Positions 30,890 to 45,778 of a stretch of 64,000 nt of DNA are shown in pieces. The notes under the pieces are model-generated. The model worked only from the letters and a program-made list of their open reading frames with translations, did no database searches and was not told where the DNA came from. Origin of the DNA: the human T2T-CHM13v2.0 reference genome, Homo sapiens; NCBI RefSeq assembly GCF_009914755.1, contig NC_060946.1; one strand, 5' to 3'. How positions within the stretch are numbered: position 1 is the stretch's first letter; every line of letters begins with the position of its first letter. Made by a program: the position numbers and the translations under genes.

Positions 30890-31412
30890 TATACCTAAAT
30901 GAGAGTTTGGTCTTAGAGTTGGTGCTGAGTTAGTTCAGGATTTGGGTTGTTGGGATGGAGTGAATGCGCTTTACAAGTGAAAAATACATGAGTTTTTGGG
31001 TCCATAGGTTGGAGAGTTCTTGGCTGAATTGTGTCCCCCAGAGTTCATACAATGAAGCTCTAATGCACGGTGTGTGACTGAATTTGGAGAGAATCTTTAA
31101 AGAGGTGATTCAGTGAAAATGAAGTCATGAGGGTGGGTTCTTATCGAATCTGACTGGTGTTCTCGTGAGAAGAGAAAATTTGCACACACAAAAATGAGAC
31201 ACTCGAGATGAGCGTGCAGAGGAAAGACCGTGTGAGGACTCAGCAAGGAGGTAGCGACCCGCAAGCCAAGGAGAGAGGCCTCAGTGAAAACCAAACCTAT
31301 AAACACTTTCATCTTGACTCCCCAGCTTCAGAACTGTGAGAAAATAAGTGTCTGCTCTTTAGGCCAGCAGGTCTTTGGTATCTCATTAAGGTAGCACTAG
31401 CAAATGAAAACA
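30890..31412 (+). mobile_element. MaLR internal 3' end plus MLT1 LTR
   Basis: tggctgaattgtgtccccca...agagaggcctcag...cagaactgtgagaaaataagt...tagcactagcaaatgaaaaca. Confidence 0.75.
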
Positions 31413-32169
31413 AAAGGGACCCCAAAGACCTTGGATGCGGGAGGAGGAGGAGATGGAGCAGGGTGCAGGAGGTGGGGCAGGGAGGGGCTGGAAGTTCAGG
31501 CTCTGAGGTCATCTCCTGGGTGGAATCCTGACTCCACTCACTGCTGTCTGGGGACTTGGGGAAAAACAATTAACCGCCCAATATTAATTCCATAGTAAAG
31601 ATCGGGCCTTGAGCATAGGATTCCTCATCTTCCTTTTTTATATGATGAAAGTCTTCTTGAGGTCATGCTTGTAAAACACTCAGCAATGTATCTGGCATAC
31701 ACTATGGTCTCAGAAGTGGTTATTATGAATTTTCTAGTGATATGTAGAGGATGACATTGGTCCTGTGGGCAGAGGGGGCACTGTGGACCTTGGTTTGAGG
31801 ACTCTGAAAGACACCAAGTCCGCTGGTAGTGCTCAAGAGCGAAGAGCATCACAGATGCTTCCTCCCAGGCCCCTTCTATTGGGTAAAATTTACTCTCCAC
31901 TCCTGACACCCATCTGGTCCTTCTTCTGACCTTAGCACATTATCAGTTTGAAGACTTAAGGCTCAGGGCTCAGATGGGAGCTAGGACAGGCACACTGGGG
32001 AATGAGGAGTAGATTTGCATTCACTGCTCATCAGAGAGCCCACCCAACAAGGATACAAGAATAAAAGAAGTAGATTTGCATGAAGAGCCTCTCCTTCCCA
32101 TGATAAGAGAGGCCTGAAGGTCCCTCCCCAGCCATGGGCTCAGAGACAGAGCTATGTGGCATCTCCACC

Positions 32170-32653
32170 GTGGCCTGGACCCCTCCCTTGCTCACCCTCC
32201 TCCGTCTCTGTGCTGCCTCCCAGGGCTCAGCCCCCAAAGGACCAGAGATCAGACTGGCCCTGAGCTTCAGCTCAGCACAGGGAGTGATGCAGAGTGTGGG
32301 GCTCTGGGAATGACCCTCATCCTCATAATTAACTCTCCTGTCCTCTCTTGTAGGCTCTGTGGCCTCCTCCATGCTGACTCAGGAGCCAGTAGGGTCTGTG
32401 GCCCTGGGACAGTCAGCCAGGGTAACCTGCCAGGGAGAAAACCTAAGAAGCCATGGTACAAACTGGCACCAGCAGAAGCCAGGCTAGGCTCCTGTGCAGG
32501 TCATACATCGACAAAATAACCAGCCCTCAGGGCTCCCAGACCAATTCTCTGGCTCCAAGTCAGGAACACAGCCACCCTGACCATCACTGGGGCTCAGGTT
32601 GAACATGAAGCTGACTATTACCATCACTCATGGGACAGCAGTGCTACTCACCT
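32170..32653 (+). pseudogene. IGLV3-26: IGLV3-family pseudogene (IGLV3-19-like): leader ~32170-32209, V exon 32354-32653
   Basis: Start is GTG; 6 nt lost at the leader end; TAG at 32485-32487; RSS CACAATG(32654)-23-ATCTAAAGA is degenerate; two octamers (32013, 32074). Symbol assigned from gene order. Confidence 0.82.
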
Positions 32654-33982
32654 CACAATGACACAGACAGATTGGGAAGTGAGATCTAAAGACCTTCACT
32701 GTCTGTGTCACCCTCTTCCTCCAGCCATAGCAGGACTGTGGAGACAGCCATGAGCAGGGCTGGCCTGGGTCACCTGCATCGAAGTCCTCCAAGCTGCCCT
32801 TCCCCCCAGCTCTCCAGGTAGTCTCTGCAGAGAATGAGTCAGGATAGGATTTGGGGCTGGCAGAACCAGGCTGTCCTGCTGTTATTTGGAATGGATGTAC
32901 CTTGGCTCAAGATGACCTGAGCCATCTTACTGGAAGGACTTACTGGAAGGACGGTAAGAGGGAGACAGCTCCTGAGTGCTCATGGTCACTGAATTTCCTC
33001 CTGTGTGTTGACTGAACCCAATGCAGTGCCTCTACTCTGTGGCCCAAATACCCTGGATTATTTTTCTGAACTGCCCGTGTTTAACTGAGACCCTCAAGCC
33101 CCAGCTTTGTGCATCCTGATGTTCTGAACATGGAAGTCTTTCACAGTGTGCACTGTGACATCCCTCAGATTCCCGTTTCAGGACTTATGCACCCACCATC
33201 CTCCCAGGGCTGCAGGGAGGCCCTGGCTTCTCACAGCTCTTCCCCACCAGAAACTGCCATGCAGTACAGAGAATAGCTTTGCTCAAAGAATTGCCCATTT
33301 CAGAGTATGTTTCGGGGGCAATGACTCCCTGATGCCTTAATCTGAAAGTCATGCTTTAATTTAAGACCCTGAATATCAAATTGAAGTGCCTTCTAGCTGA
33401 ACACTCAATTGTAAAACATTCCCAGTCACACACTCCACACTTCTTTCCTGAGAATATATCCTGAAACCCTATTGCATGGAATCCTCCCTCTCAGAGTAGG
33501 ATTCCAGGGAACTTAAAAATTAAAAAAAAAAACAACACACCAGTCTAGAGGGAAAAATATTGAAGAGGAGAGAGTTAGGGAGTTGCACAAGGAAAGAACT
33601 CTGAAGTCTGCAAATATGCATGCACTGAAGAGCACTTGTGTGTAAAGAAACTCCCTCTGAAAGAGAAAGACACTTGAGGGAACACTCCAAAGAGTGTGCA
33701 TGCGTGCGCGCACACACACACACACACACACACTCCAGTCACAGAGGAAAGGCCTGAGTTACAGAGCATGAGGTGGACTCATCAGAAGAGCTTCGGCTCA
33801 GTATTGGGGAAAATGTCGGACAGACATAGGGCTACTCCACTGTCAACTAAGAAAGTGTAGAAGCAAACTGGGAAAAGTTAAGACAGTTTCCAAGTAACTT
33901 TACTGAATCCAAAAATAAAAGACCAAAATAGAGAAGAAAATGCAAAAGGATTATAAACTCAACAAAGAAAAATTCACAATGA

Positions 33983-34420
<438 letters not shown>

Positions 34421-34479
34421 TTGGAGCAATTCTTATAACTCTTTTCTCCTTCCTCTTGAGAATGGAGGATCTATTGAAT

Positions 34480-34858
34480 GTGTTAAGTGGAGAAATGGAA
34501 AGCATAAAGCAAGATGCAAGTTAAACTTTTAGAAATGGCCCCTAAATATCTGCATTGAAAAAATACACTGGATGAGACTCATTGCAGATTAGAAGCTGTG
34601 AAGGAATAGATGAGTGAACTTGAAGATATGGCAATGGAAGTTATGCAAGATGAAGCACAAAAAAAGTGAAGAGAGCATCAGTGAGTTTCAGGACATCTTC
34701 AAGCTGACTTACTGGTTATAATTAAAGACATGAAAGGAGATAACATTGGTGGGGGGAGAGGAAAGGTAGAAAAGCCATTTAAAGGAATCATGGCCACAAT
34801 TTCCCAAATTTGGTGAAAGCTAGAAACCCACTACTCCAAAAAGCTTAACAAGTCACAT

Positions 34859-34889
<31 letters not shown>

Positions 34890-36385
34890 AATAACACACC
34901 ACCAACACTCACCATAATGAAATTGCTAAAAACCTATTATAAAGACATACTTTTAAAAGTAGCCATAAAGACATGGTATGTACAGATGAACAACATCATA
35001 AAAAGAACAGATTTCTTTTTCTTTTTAAAATTTTCTTAAACATCTGTGGGTACAGAGTAGGTGTATATGTTTGTGGGATACATGAGATATTTTGATACAG
35101 GCATTGCCATGTGAAATAGTCACATCATGGAGAGTTGGGTTTCCATCCCCTCAAGCATTTATCCTTTGTGTTACAAACTACTCAATTACACTATTTCAGG
35201 TATTTTAAATTGTACAATTAAGTTGCTGACATGTTATCAAATAGTATTGATGTAACTCTGACATGCTATCAAATAGTAGGTCTTATTCATTCTTTCTATT
35301 TTATTTACCCATTAAGCATCCCCTAATAAGAGCAGATTTCTTCTTAGAAGTCATGCAAGCAGGAGGCAGTGGAGCTATATTTATAAAATATTAAAAGAAA
35401 AAACTTACTACCAAAACCCATCCACAGACTCAATGCAATCCCTATCAAAATACAAACGACATTCACAGTAGTAGAAAAAAACTCTATAGTTGGTATGGAA
35501 CCACAAAATCCCCTGAATAGCCAAAGCAATACCAAGCAAAAAGCCCAGGCTGAATATGTCACATTATCTGAATCAAAATATACTACAAACTACAGTAACC
35601 AAAACAAGATCGATGGTATTGGCTTAAAATCAGACACTGAGACTAATATAATGGAATAGAATACCCCAAAATAAATTCATATATTTACAGCCAACTGATT
35701 TGCAGCAAAAATGCCAAAAACATACGTTGAGAAAATGACATACTTTTCAATAAATGGCGCTGAGAAAAACTGGATATTCATAGGCAGAACCTTGAAACTA
35801 GACTTTTATCTCTCTCCCTATACAATAATCAACTCAAAATTTATTAAAACTCCGAAATATAAGACCCAAAACTATAAAACTACTAGAAGGGAACGTAGAG
35901 AACACAGGGGAAGTTCTTCAGGACATTGGTCTAGACAAAAATTCCATAGCTAAGACTTCAAAAGCACAGGGAACAACACGAACTAGACATATGGGACTTC
36001 ATTAAACTGAAAATCTTCTGAAAAGCAAAGGAAACGATCAACAGAGTGAAGACAACTTCTAGAATGAGAGAAAATATTTGCAAACTATTCAACTCAAAAG
36101 GGCCTAAGATCCAGCATAAGAAAATAAGACAAGGAGCTGAAATAACTCATCAGCATAAAAAACAAATAATACAATTAAAAAGTGGATAAATGATATGAAT
36201 AGACTTTTCACAGTCAAAGACATACAAATGGCCAACAGGTATATGACAAAATGCTCAATATCACTAATCATCAGGGGTACGCAAATCCAAACCTCCATGA
36301 GATATCATCTCATCCCAGTTGGATGGCTATCATCAAGAAGACAAAAAAATAACAAACACTGGTGAGGATGTAGAGAAAATAGAAG
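34480..36385. mobile_element. L1 fragments: ORF1-like piece (+), an L1 3' end (-, ~35020-35325) and an ORF2 3' part (+, ~35410-36385)
   Basis: cagactcaatgcaatccctatcaaaatac, aaacaatagccaaagca-like tract, caaagacatacaaatggccaacagg. Confidence 0.75.
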
Positions 36386-36589
36386 ACAAAACCACATGGT
36401 CATCTCAACAGTCACATCAAATGTTTTCATGCGAGGAAACATTACCATTTGTTGTTTTTCTAGTCTTGCTAGAGCATCATAAAAAGATAAGATTTGTGGT
36501 GCCACTATTGGAGAAAATGTTATTACATGCAAAGACTCTGGCTATCCCACACCAAACTACATGAACACTTACTGTTAAATGCTAAAAGA

Positions 36590-38477
<1,888 letters not shown>

Positions 38478-41212
38478 CCCTCCCCTAGAATAAAACATCT
38501 CTTAAGCACAAGGCTGAAGAAATGTGGCCTCCTCCTTTCTCCCACAGCTGGTCAAAGTGGATACCTGAGAGAATCGGCTCACTGAGGCCTCTTGGGAACA
38601 AAGGCTGGGTTCCTGCCTGTGATCTGTGTACTGAGACACATTCCGGACCTGCCCAGGAAAGGCAAGTATAGATGATGTTTAGTTGTCACAGAGTCCAAGT
38701 AGGGACAATTCAGCGGTGTCTTCTTGGGACCCCTGCCTCTGGCTATTTTCATCTACTTTATAATGGGCCAGGGCCATTATTTCCAACTTTTCATATCCTT
38801 TTTCTCCTTTCCTCACCAGGTAAGGAGGTGGAGGACAATTGATGAGGGCTGGCTTATGAGTTACCCCAGGATGCAAATGACTTTGAAGTCAAGCCCATGT
38901 GGGGTCAAGCTCAGTCTATAACCAGGGTCTTTTGAGCTCTGGAGGAGCCAGGCATCCCAGCCATCAAAGAGGTCTTGCATTTGCTAATAAATCCTCTTCT
39001 TCCAACCCACAGCTTATCTTGGCTGCCTACCCTCGTCTCTGTCAGGAAGCAATCCTTCGTTGTTTAATACCAAATTATTCTTACTTGGTCAGTTTAAAAG
39101 TCCCTTCCTCAGAAAGGTCATCTGTGGCCTGAAGACAAAGTGAGAAGGCTTTGCTGCATTTTCATTTGGAACCTTACATTGCCCCTTCTGCAATGTTCTA
39201 ACCACACATGGCACATATTTACAGGACAGCGTGATAATTCACTTTTGAAAATACAGAATGTGCTCATGGAACAGGACAATGTCATACTTTTGGGGCCTGA
39301 TGAGCATGTCCTTTTCACAGGACCCCCCAGAGCTGCCCATGCATCCAGAAGGTACCATTCTACTCTATGCAAAACGATGGGGCATTTCTATATTGCAGTT
39401 TCTTAGGGTTCCTTAGAAAGAGGCCACCCCCAACACAGAGCTGCACACCTTGTGACCACTTACTGTCAATTCCTCAATGCTGTCTCCAAGTCTCACCATG
39501 CACAAGGGAGGAACACAGAGACCCTGGATTCCTAGAGACTTGCATTTCTTGGATGAACAAATCTGGGGTTTGGTTGGTGGCAGAGAGCTCAGGGCTCATG
39601 TGTGAGCATCACCTGATGCTTCCTCCAGGGTCAGAGTCCAGCCCCTACCCTGGAAGGATGAAAGATATTGTCCACAGAAGTGGTATAAAGGTAACAGCAT
39701 CGAGGACGGAGCTGCCTCTTGAAATGGGCTATTGCTTTGCACAACGCTGGAGACCTAAATTATGTTGACGATAATGGAAGAATAGTCCCTGCGGATGGCC
39801 TCTAATTGGGTGGAAGAAAGCAGAGGGTCTGCGTCTGAGAGAGCAGCAATGGGCAGATTCAGCACAGGCATGGGCAGAGCAGCAATCAAGGGTACCTGAG
39901 CAGCAATGGCCCCGGGAGAGGGCTGGCACCTGCCGGAAGTGACATTGGAGACAGAGAAACATCTAAGACTTAAGGCTTCTCTTTCTGTGCAATCCCCCAC
40001 CCCACAGTTTATGTGTCACAGATATTGGCACCTCCTTACTGTAAGGGGTCATATGAATAATACAGTCCTCAGGGGCATGGGTTCGAGGGGCAGCCAGGTT
40101 TATCCTCGAAGCCCACTTCTGTTACCTGCAGCTGTGTGGCTGTAAGCAAGGCATTTAATCTCTCAGAAAACCATCCTAATGAGAGGTTAAGAACCTCTGA
40201 GAAAAAAACTTAGACAAGAATTGACAGTAATTCTTCACTATTGAGGCTGCAGGGATGTAACTTAATCATGTTTGTAAAGTGCATAACACAGACCCTGACA
40301 TGCCCCAGCTGCTCCTGAGTTGGCAGCAATTATTCCTGACATCACTCATGAGAATTGGACCTGGAATGGGGATGGAGGGAAGGCAGTGCAGAGGGTTTCA
40401 GAGGGTTAGGAAAAGAGAGACTTTAATGATTTAAAATGAAGGCCTAGGAGTGGAGACAAGCGTCCTGGGACATTCTCCTGCCAACTCTCACAATGTCTCA
40501 GAGACTGTTCCAAGGTGAAGTCTACTAGAGAGCTAAGGGAGGAGTTTGCAGAATCAAGGTTTGCAATGTCATGCATGAGGGGGCAGAGAGTCAGCGGGAG
40601 GGAAGACAGCTGAGCTCATCTGAAGGGTATTTATGGTTTTCTGGCCCTAGAGTCCTTGGCCATCCCTCTATGACCAGGGCCTCAGATAAGCAGAGAGCTT
40701 ATCTGCTTCTCTCCTCCAACGATAGTTCCTGGTTATCCTGAGCCCAGGTCAGTGCAGCTGTGGCCCATTCTCTCCTCTTTGTGCTCAGTGGACTGACCTG
40801 GAGGAAACAGTAGGAGGTTCCCCTGCTCTCTGTCCCCAGGGTCCTTTCCTTTCAGTGGCACCAGCCCAGCCCTAGTGTCCATCCATCTGTGCCTGCCCAG
40901 TCAGGCCTCCATGCTGCCCCCTGTAATGGCCACAGGTCAAAAACTGATTGTCAGTCTTGAGCAGATTGTCCTGACTCTTTCTGCAAAACTGAGCCTCTCA
41001 CCCAGCACCAGGACGTCACAAGCAAGGCCAGCTGTAGGAAGGCAAGTAGGGGAGTAACGTGCATCACAGAGTCTGGACAAGACAAAGTAGTTCTGCTGGG
41101 ACACATCCTGGTGATGTTTCTCAGGATGGTTCAGGTCCCTGCAATTGCAGGCCCAGAGAACAGGACTGAAGGCTGGAAGATGTGCTCCCTTTCTCCTGTA
41201 CACAAAACAGTG

Positions 41213-42200
41213 CCATGTGTGCATGTGAGTAAATGCATATGCCTGTGTGCTTGTGTGTGTGCACCTGTGTAAATGCATATGCCTGTATGTGAGAGTGTGT
41301 GTGTGTAAATGCATATGATGTGTGTGAGTGTGTGCATGTGTGTAAATGCATATGCCTGTGTGTGTGCATGTGTGTAAATGCATATGCTGTGTATGAGTGT
41401 GTGTGCATGTGTGTAAACGCATATGCCTGTGTGTGTGCATGTGCATGTGTGTAAATGCATACACTGTGTGTGAGTGTGTGTGCATGTGTGTAAATGCATA
41501 TGCCTGTGTGCTGGTGTGTGTGCATGTGTGTAAATCCATATGCCTGTGTGTGAGTGTGTGTGCCTGTGTATAAATGCATATACTGTGTGTTGGTGTGTGC
41601 ATGTGTGTAAATGCATATGCCTGTGTGTGTGTATGCATGCGTGTAAATGCATATGACTGCGTGTGAGTGTGTGTGCATGTGTGCAAATACATATGCCTGT
41701 GTGCTGGTGAGTATGCATGTGTGTAAATGCATATGCCTGTGTGTGCATGTGTGTAAATGCATATACCTTGTGTGTGTGCACATGTGTAAATGCATATGCC
41801 TGTGTGTGAGAGTGTGTGTAAATGTGTGTGCTGTGTGTGAGTGTGTGCATGTATGTAAATGCATATGTCTGTGTGCTGGTGTGTGCACATGTGTGTAAAT
41901 GCATATGCTGTGTGCTGGTGTGTGTCCATGTGTGTAAATGCATATGCCTGTGTGTGAGTGTGTGCATGTATGTAAATGCATATGCTGTGTGTGTGTGTGC
42001 ATGTGTGTAATGTATATGCCTGTGTGTGTGCATGTGTTTAAATGCATATGCTATGTGTGTGTGCATGTGTGTGTGAGTGTGTGTGCACGTGCATGTGTGT
42101 GTGCATGTGTGTAAATGCATATGCTGTGTGACTGTGTGTGCATGTGTGTAATGCATATGCCTGTGTGTGAGTGCATGTGCATGTGTGCACATGTGCATGT
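41213..42200. repeat. Minisatellite, ~25 units of ~30-40 bp (core TGTGTAAATGCATATGCCTGTGTG...TGCA)
   Basis: Units counted by eye. Confidence 0.95.
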
Positions 42201-42695
42201 TAGTGTTGCCAGGGAGTGCTTCAAGTATCGAATGTCCCAAATTCACAACTTTTCTATTTTCCTCACTTACCTCCTCCCTGACACATGCTTCTCAGTTAAG
42301 TGAGTTCATATGCGCAAGGCCTACAAACAGGCAAGGCATGGGCCATAGTCAGTGCTGAGTCAGTGTCATCAAATATTGTTATGCTTATATAGAACCTTGT
42401 CCAGGGTGGGCCAAATGTATGCCCCTGTCTTGTCCTGACAGAGCAGCAGAAAGGGAGACTGAGACAAAACAATGGCCAGGGCCCTGGCAACACGGAGACA
42501 CCTTCCCACTCCTGTGAGCTTCACAGACAACCCTGGGTATGGGATTCCTGTCATTCCTTTAAGATTGTTCAAATAAACAGTGACAATCACTCTCATATGA
42601 TATATGAGAAGAAGAAGAATTCCATATAAACCAAACCCATGACGCCCACACTGAAGCCTGCCAAGTTCTCTCCAGTCGAGCCCAATGGAGGGAGC

Positions 42696-43220
42696 ATTTT
42701 CATGGGGACTTTTGAGAGTATGGAGAAGACCTGAGGAAACCAGGCTCAGCTGTGGGCTCCAGAGGCAAAGCTCTGGGATGTCTCCCCATGGCCTAGACCC
42801 TTCGCCTGCCACCTCTTCTCACTCTTTGCACAGATGCTTCCCCCAGGCTAAGCCCCCACAGGACCCTAATCCTAGTCCTGACCCTGAGCTCAGCCCAGGT
42901 GATGCTTCAGGAGATGGGACCCTGAGAATAAGCCCTAAAGTCTCCTCAACCTGCAGGCTCTGTAGTCTCTTAAAGACTCAGGTACCTCCAGTAGAGTTGG
43001 CCATGAGACATCTGTCCCTCCAACTGCTCAGGAGCAGGCAACAGTGCAGAGAGAAACAGCAGCCCAGGCCAGGCCCTACACTCAAAGCAGCCCCCAATCC
43101 CCACAGATCCTCCAGCGCTAACCTGGGGTACAGGCCCCACCTCTGCAGGCTGAGGTGGGCTCCTCAGCATGGCTAGGCCATGACGGGGGATGGCAGTGTG
43201 TCCATGGGACACAGCCCTGC
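42696..43220 (+). pseudogene. Unnamed, highly degenerate IGLV3-like relic (octamer variant, leader 42788-42833, V-like exon from 42957); paralogs at ~24284-24790 and ~60224-60725
   Basis: ATTTTCAT, then ATG GCC TAG ACC...TGC ACA G|at (46 nt), then ctgcag|GCTCTGTAG...ctgctcaggag...cagcagcccaggccaggccct. Confidence 0.65.
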
Positions 43221-45778
43221 TGCCTGCCTGGCCCTCATGCCCCGTCCCTCCCCACCCTGGTTAAGCTCTGCCCCAAAGGGCCCAGGTTCATAACTCAGGA
43301 CACCTGGATCGGCTCTTGGACTTGCCCCCACTGCTCTCTGTTCTCCTGAGCCACTTAGTTTCTTTTGGCCACAGTGTTACCTGCTGCGAAGTGAGGAGGC
43401 TTATACTGAACTGAAGAAGCACTTTTCTTCATTCAAAATTAAAAGATAGAAAAACAATGGAAGTCATGCGAATGGGGGGATGTCATTTAATGGGCTTCAG
43501 TGGGCTTCAGACATGGAATTTCTTGTCTTTCCTCTGCAGAGATTCCAAGAAAAGGACTCGAAAAGAGCTTGCTTTCTATATGGTGGGAACAGCAGCTGCC
43601 AGCTAAGAATAAGCAGGAGAGTCCCAGTTTCATCAGGAAAACAGACTAGGCTAGTATGGAAATCCTCCCTGCAGAAACTCTGAGAAGTGTGGAATGAAAT
43701 AAACATAAACATGAAATTAATCTGCCAACGATGGTGATGTTAGCTCACAACTAAACTGCAGTGCCAGAAACATGCGGTGATTGCAGTGAATCATAGCTGC
43801 TCTTACTGGGTGGGAGGTGCACCAGTTTGCTTCCTAAGTGCATAGAAAGCCTGGCACGCACGTCTCTCTGGACTTTGAAAGCTTGGCAGAAGAGCTTCAG
43901 TTGACTTACTCTAATTAGTCCTGACGGAACAAAACCACTAGAGTAGGGCATTTCAACCCTGAGACACTTCTGTAGCAATTGCTCCTGCCCCACATCCCTG
44001 CACTGCATGTGTGACCTCTCTGTGGTGGGCTGGGCAGGGCAGATTGGGCCACACTGGCACAGAATGGGGCTGGACTCTCTGGTCCTCAACTTCTGAGGTG
44101 ACAGGTGCTGTGGGGTCACCTGGAAGGAAAAAGCTCCTGGGCTGAGTCTCCTCCACCAGTTGGGGGCAGCAGAGCTGCAGCCAGCAGCAGTGAGGAGAGA
44201 GGCTGGGGCTGCCCAGCCGGGGAAAAGAGGAAGGCCTGCCTGAGGTTCAACAGGTGTCCAAGAATCAGTCTTCAGACTGAAAGTGAAGACAGTTCATCCT
44301 ATCCCCTCAGGCTGCAGTGACCACGCTCTGAGGGTCAGACTCATATAGTGTTACCCCAGGACACTGACAGAAGCCTGGCACAGTGAAGGCCTCACCTGGG
44401 AAATGCTGCTGGAGGAGGCTGGGCCCAGGTGTCAGCTTGGGCAGCTTCCTCAGGAAGGGGATTCCCTGGAAGAAGTCCCGAGGTCAAGGTGCTCTAGGAG
44501 GGGCACAGTGTGAGGTGACGGGGTTCCCAGGGCCTGGGTTCTTCACCCAGGATGGCTGCCTGAGCCTCCTGCCACTCTCAGGGCCTTGTCCTGCCCTGTC
44601 CAGCAGTGTCCTGGGGAGCTGAGCCCTCTGTCGTGGGCACTTCCAGATACACCCTGCCTACCCTCCCTCTGCCTTTCCTTCCAGCTCCAGGCAGACTCTG
44701 ACTCAAGGGCAGCTCCTGTGCTTAGGGGAGTCTCAGGTGGGTGGCGTGAAGTATTTGGGGCCCTGGTCCCTGCATGGGGCATCACCAGCCTCATTGAGGA
44801 GACACTCTCCAGAGGGATGGGGATTCTCACCTGCCTCAGGCCACAGCTCTGACCCCGGACCTGTCCATGCTCAGTGACAGGACAATAACCAGGAACCTGG
44901 CTGGAGTAACCAGGGACCACCCATCCTCTGGAGCTCACATGCTGTGCAGAGACCATGACCCTGGGACCCTGGGACCCTGGGACCCTGGGACCCTGGAACC
45001 GTGACAGAATCCATGGGGCCTAAAGTTAGATTCTCAGTCCACTATGGTTTTCTGCTGCTTTTTGCAAGTTTACATAAAACATTGATGAGAAAAACATAAA
45101 TAAATAACAGACGAGCTGAGGGTGCCAATTGCTTATCTCTTGTGGCAATGAGGGAATGGTATAGAAGGAGCAGCACCATGGCTGAAATGAGACCAGAGGC
45201 CCTGTTGACTCCACAGGGGTGTGTGGTTGCTTAAATGACCCAACTATTCCCACTGAATAATCAGCAAGTGTCCCAATGACACAGCACAGCATTTAGATGA
45301 AATGAACAAGAGGGGACTGAGTCTGAGGGACCAGGGGGAGGAAGATCATGGGTCCCTGGTCCACCTGCTGCTGAGTCAGGTGTCAGCATGATCTCTCGGC
45401 AGGGCCCAGCTCAGCCCCATGGCCAAACTCCTGGAAGGTCCACAGCTCTGCTGAGCCTGGCCCAGGACAGACCCCAGGTCAACGAGGTTTGGGACAGTGG
45501 TCATGAAGTCAATTCCCAAGAAGGTGACTGCGATCACAGGGCTTCAAGGCTGCAGCTGATTTTCTAACCAGAGATCCTGCTTCTTCTTCTTCCTCTTGTC
45601 GCCTGTGCTGCCCCCACAGCTGGTTTGGGTGACATCTCTCCAAGAGGAGTCCCAGAGGAAGTAAATTTGCATAAACACCAAACACTGACTACCCTAAAAA
45701 GCCTGAGAGAGAATAAGAGAGGCCTGGGGAGCCTAGCTGTGCTGTGGGTCCAGGAGGCAGAACTCTGGGTGTCTCACC

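Noticed and set aside
41213-42200. CRISPR-like constant core with variable spacers
   Set aside because: Human DNA; the spacers are TG-repeat variants, not unique sequence, and there are no cas genes
40937-42246. Three long His/Thr-rich minus-strand ORFs (308-371 aa)
   Set aside because: Translations of a (CA)-rich minisatellite; all three frames being open reflects composition, not coding
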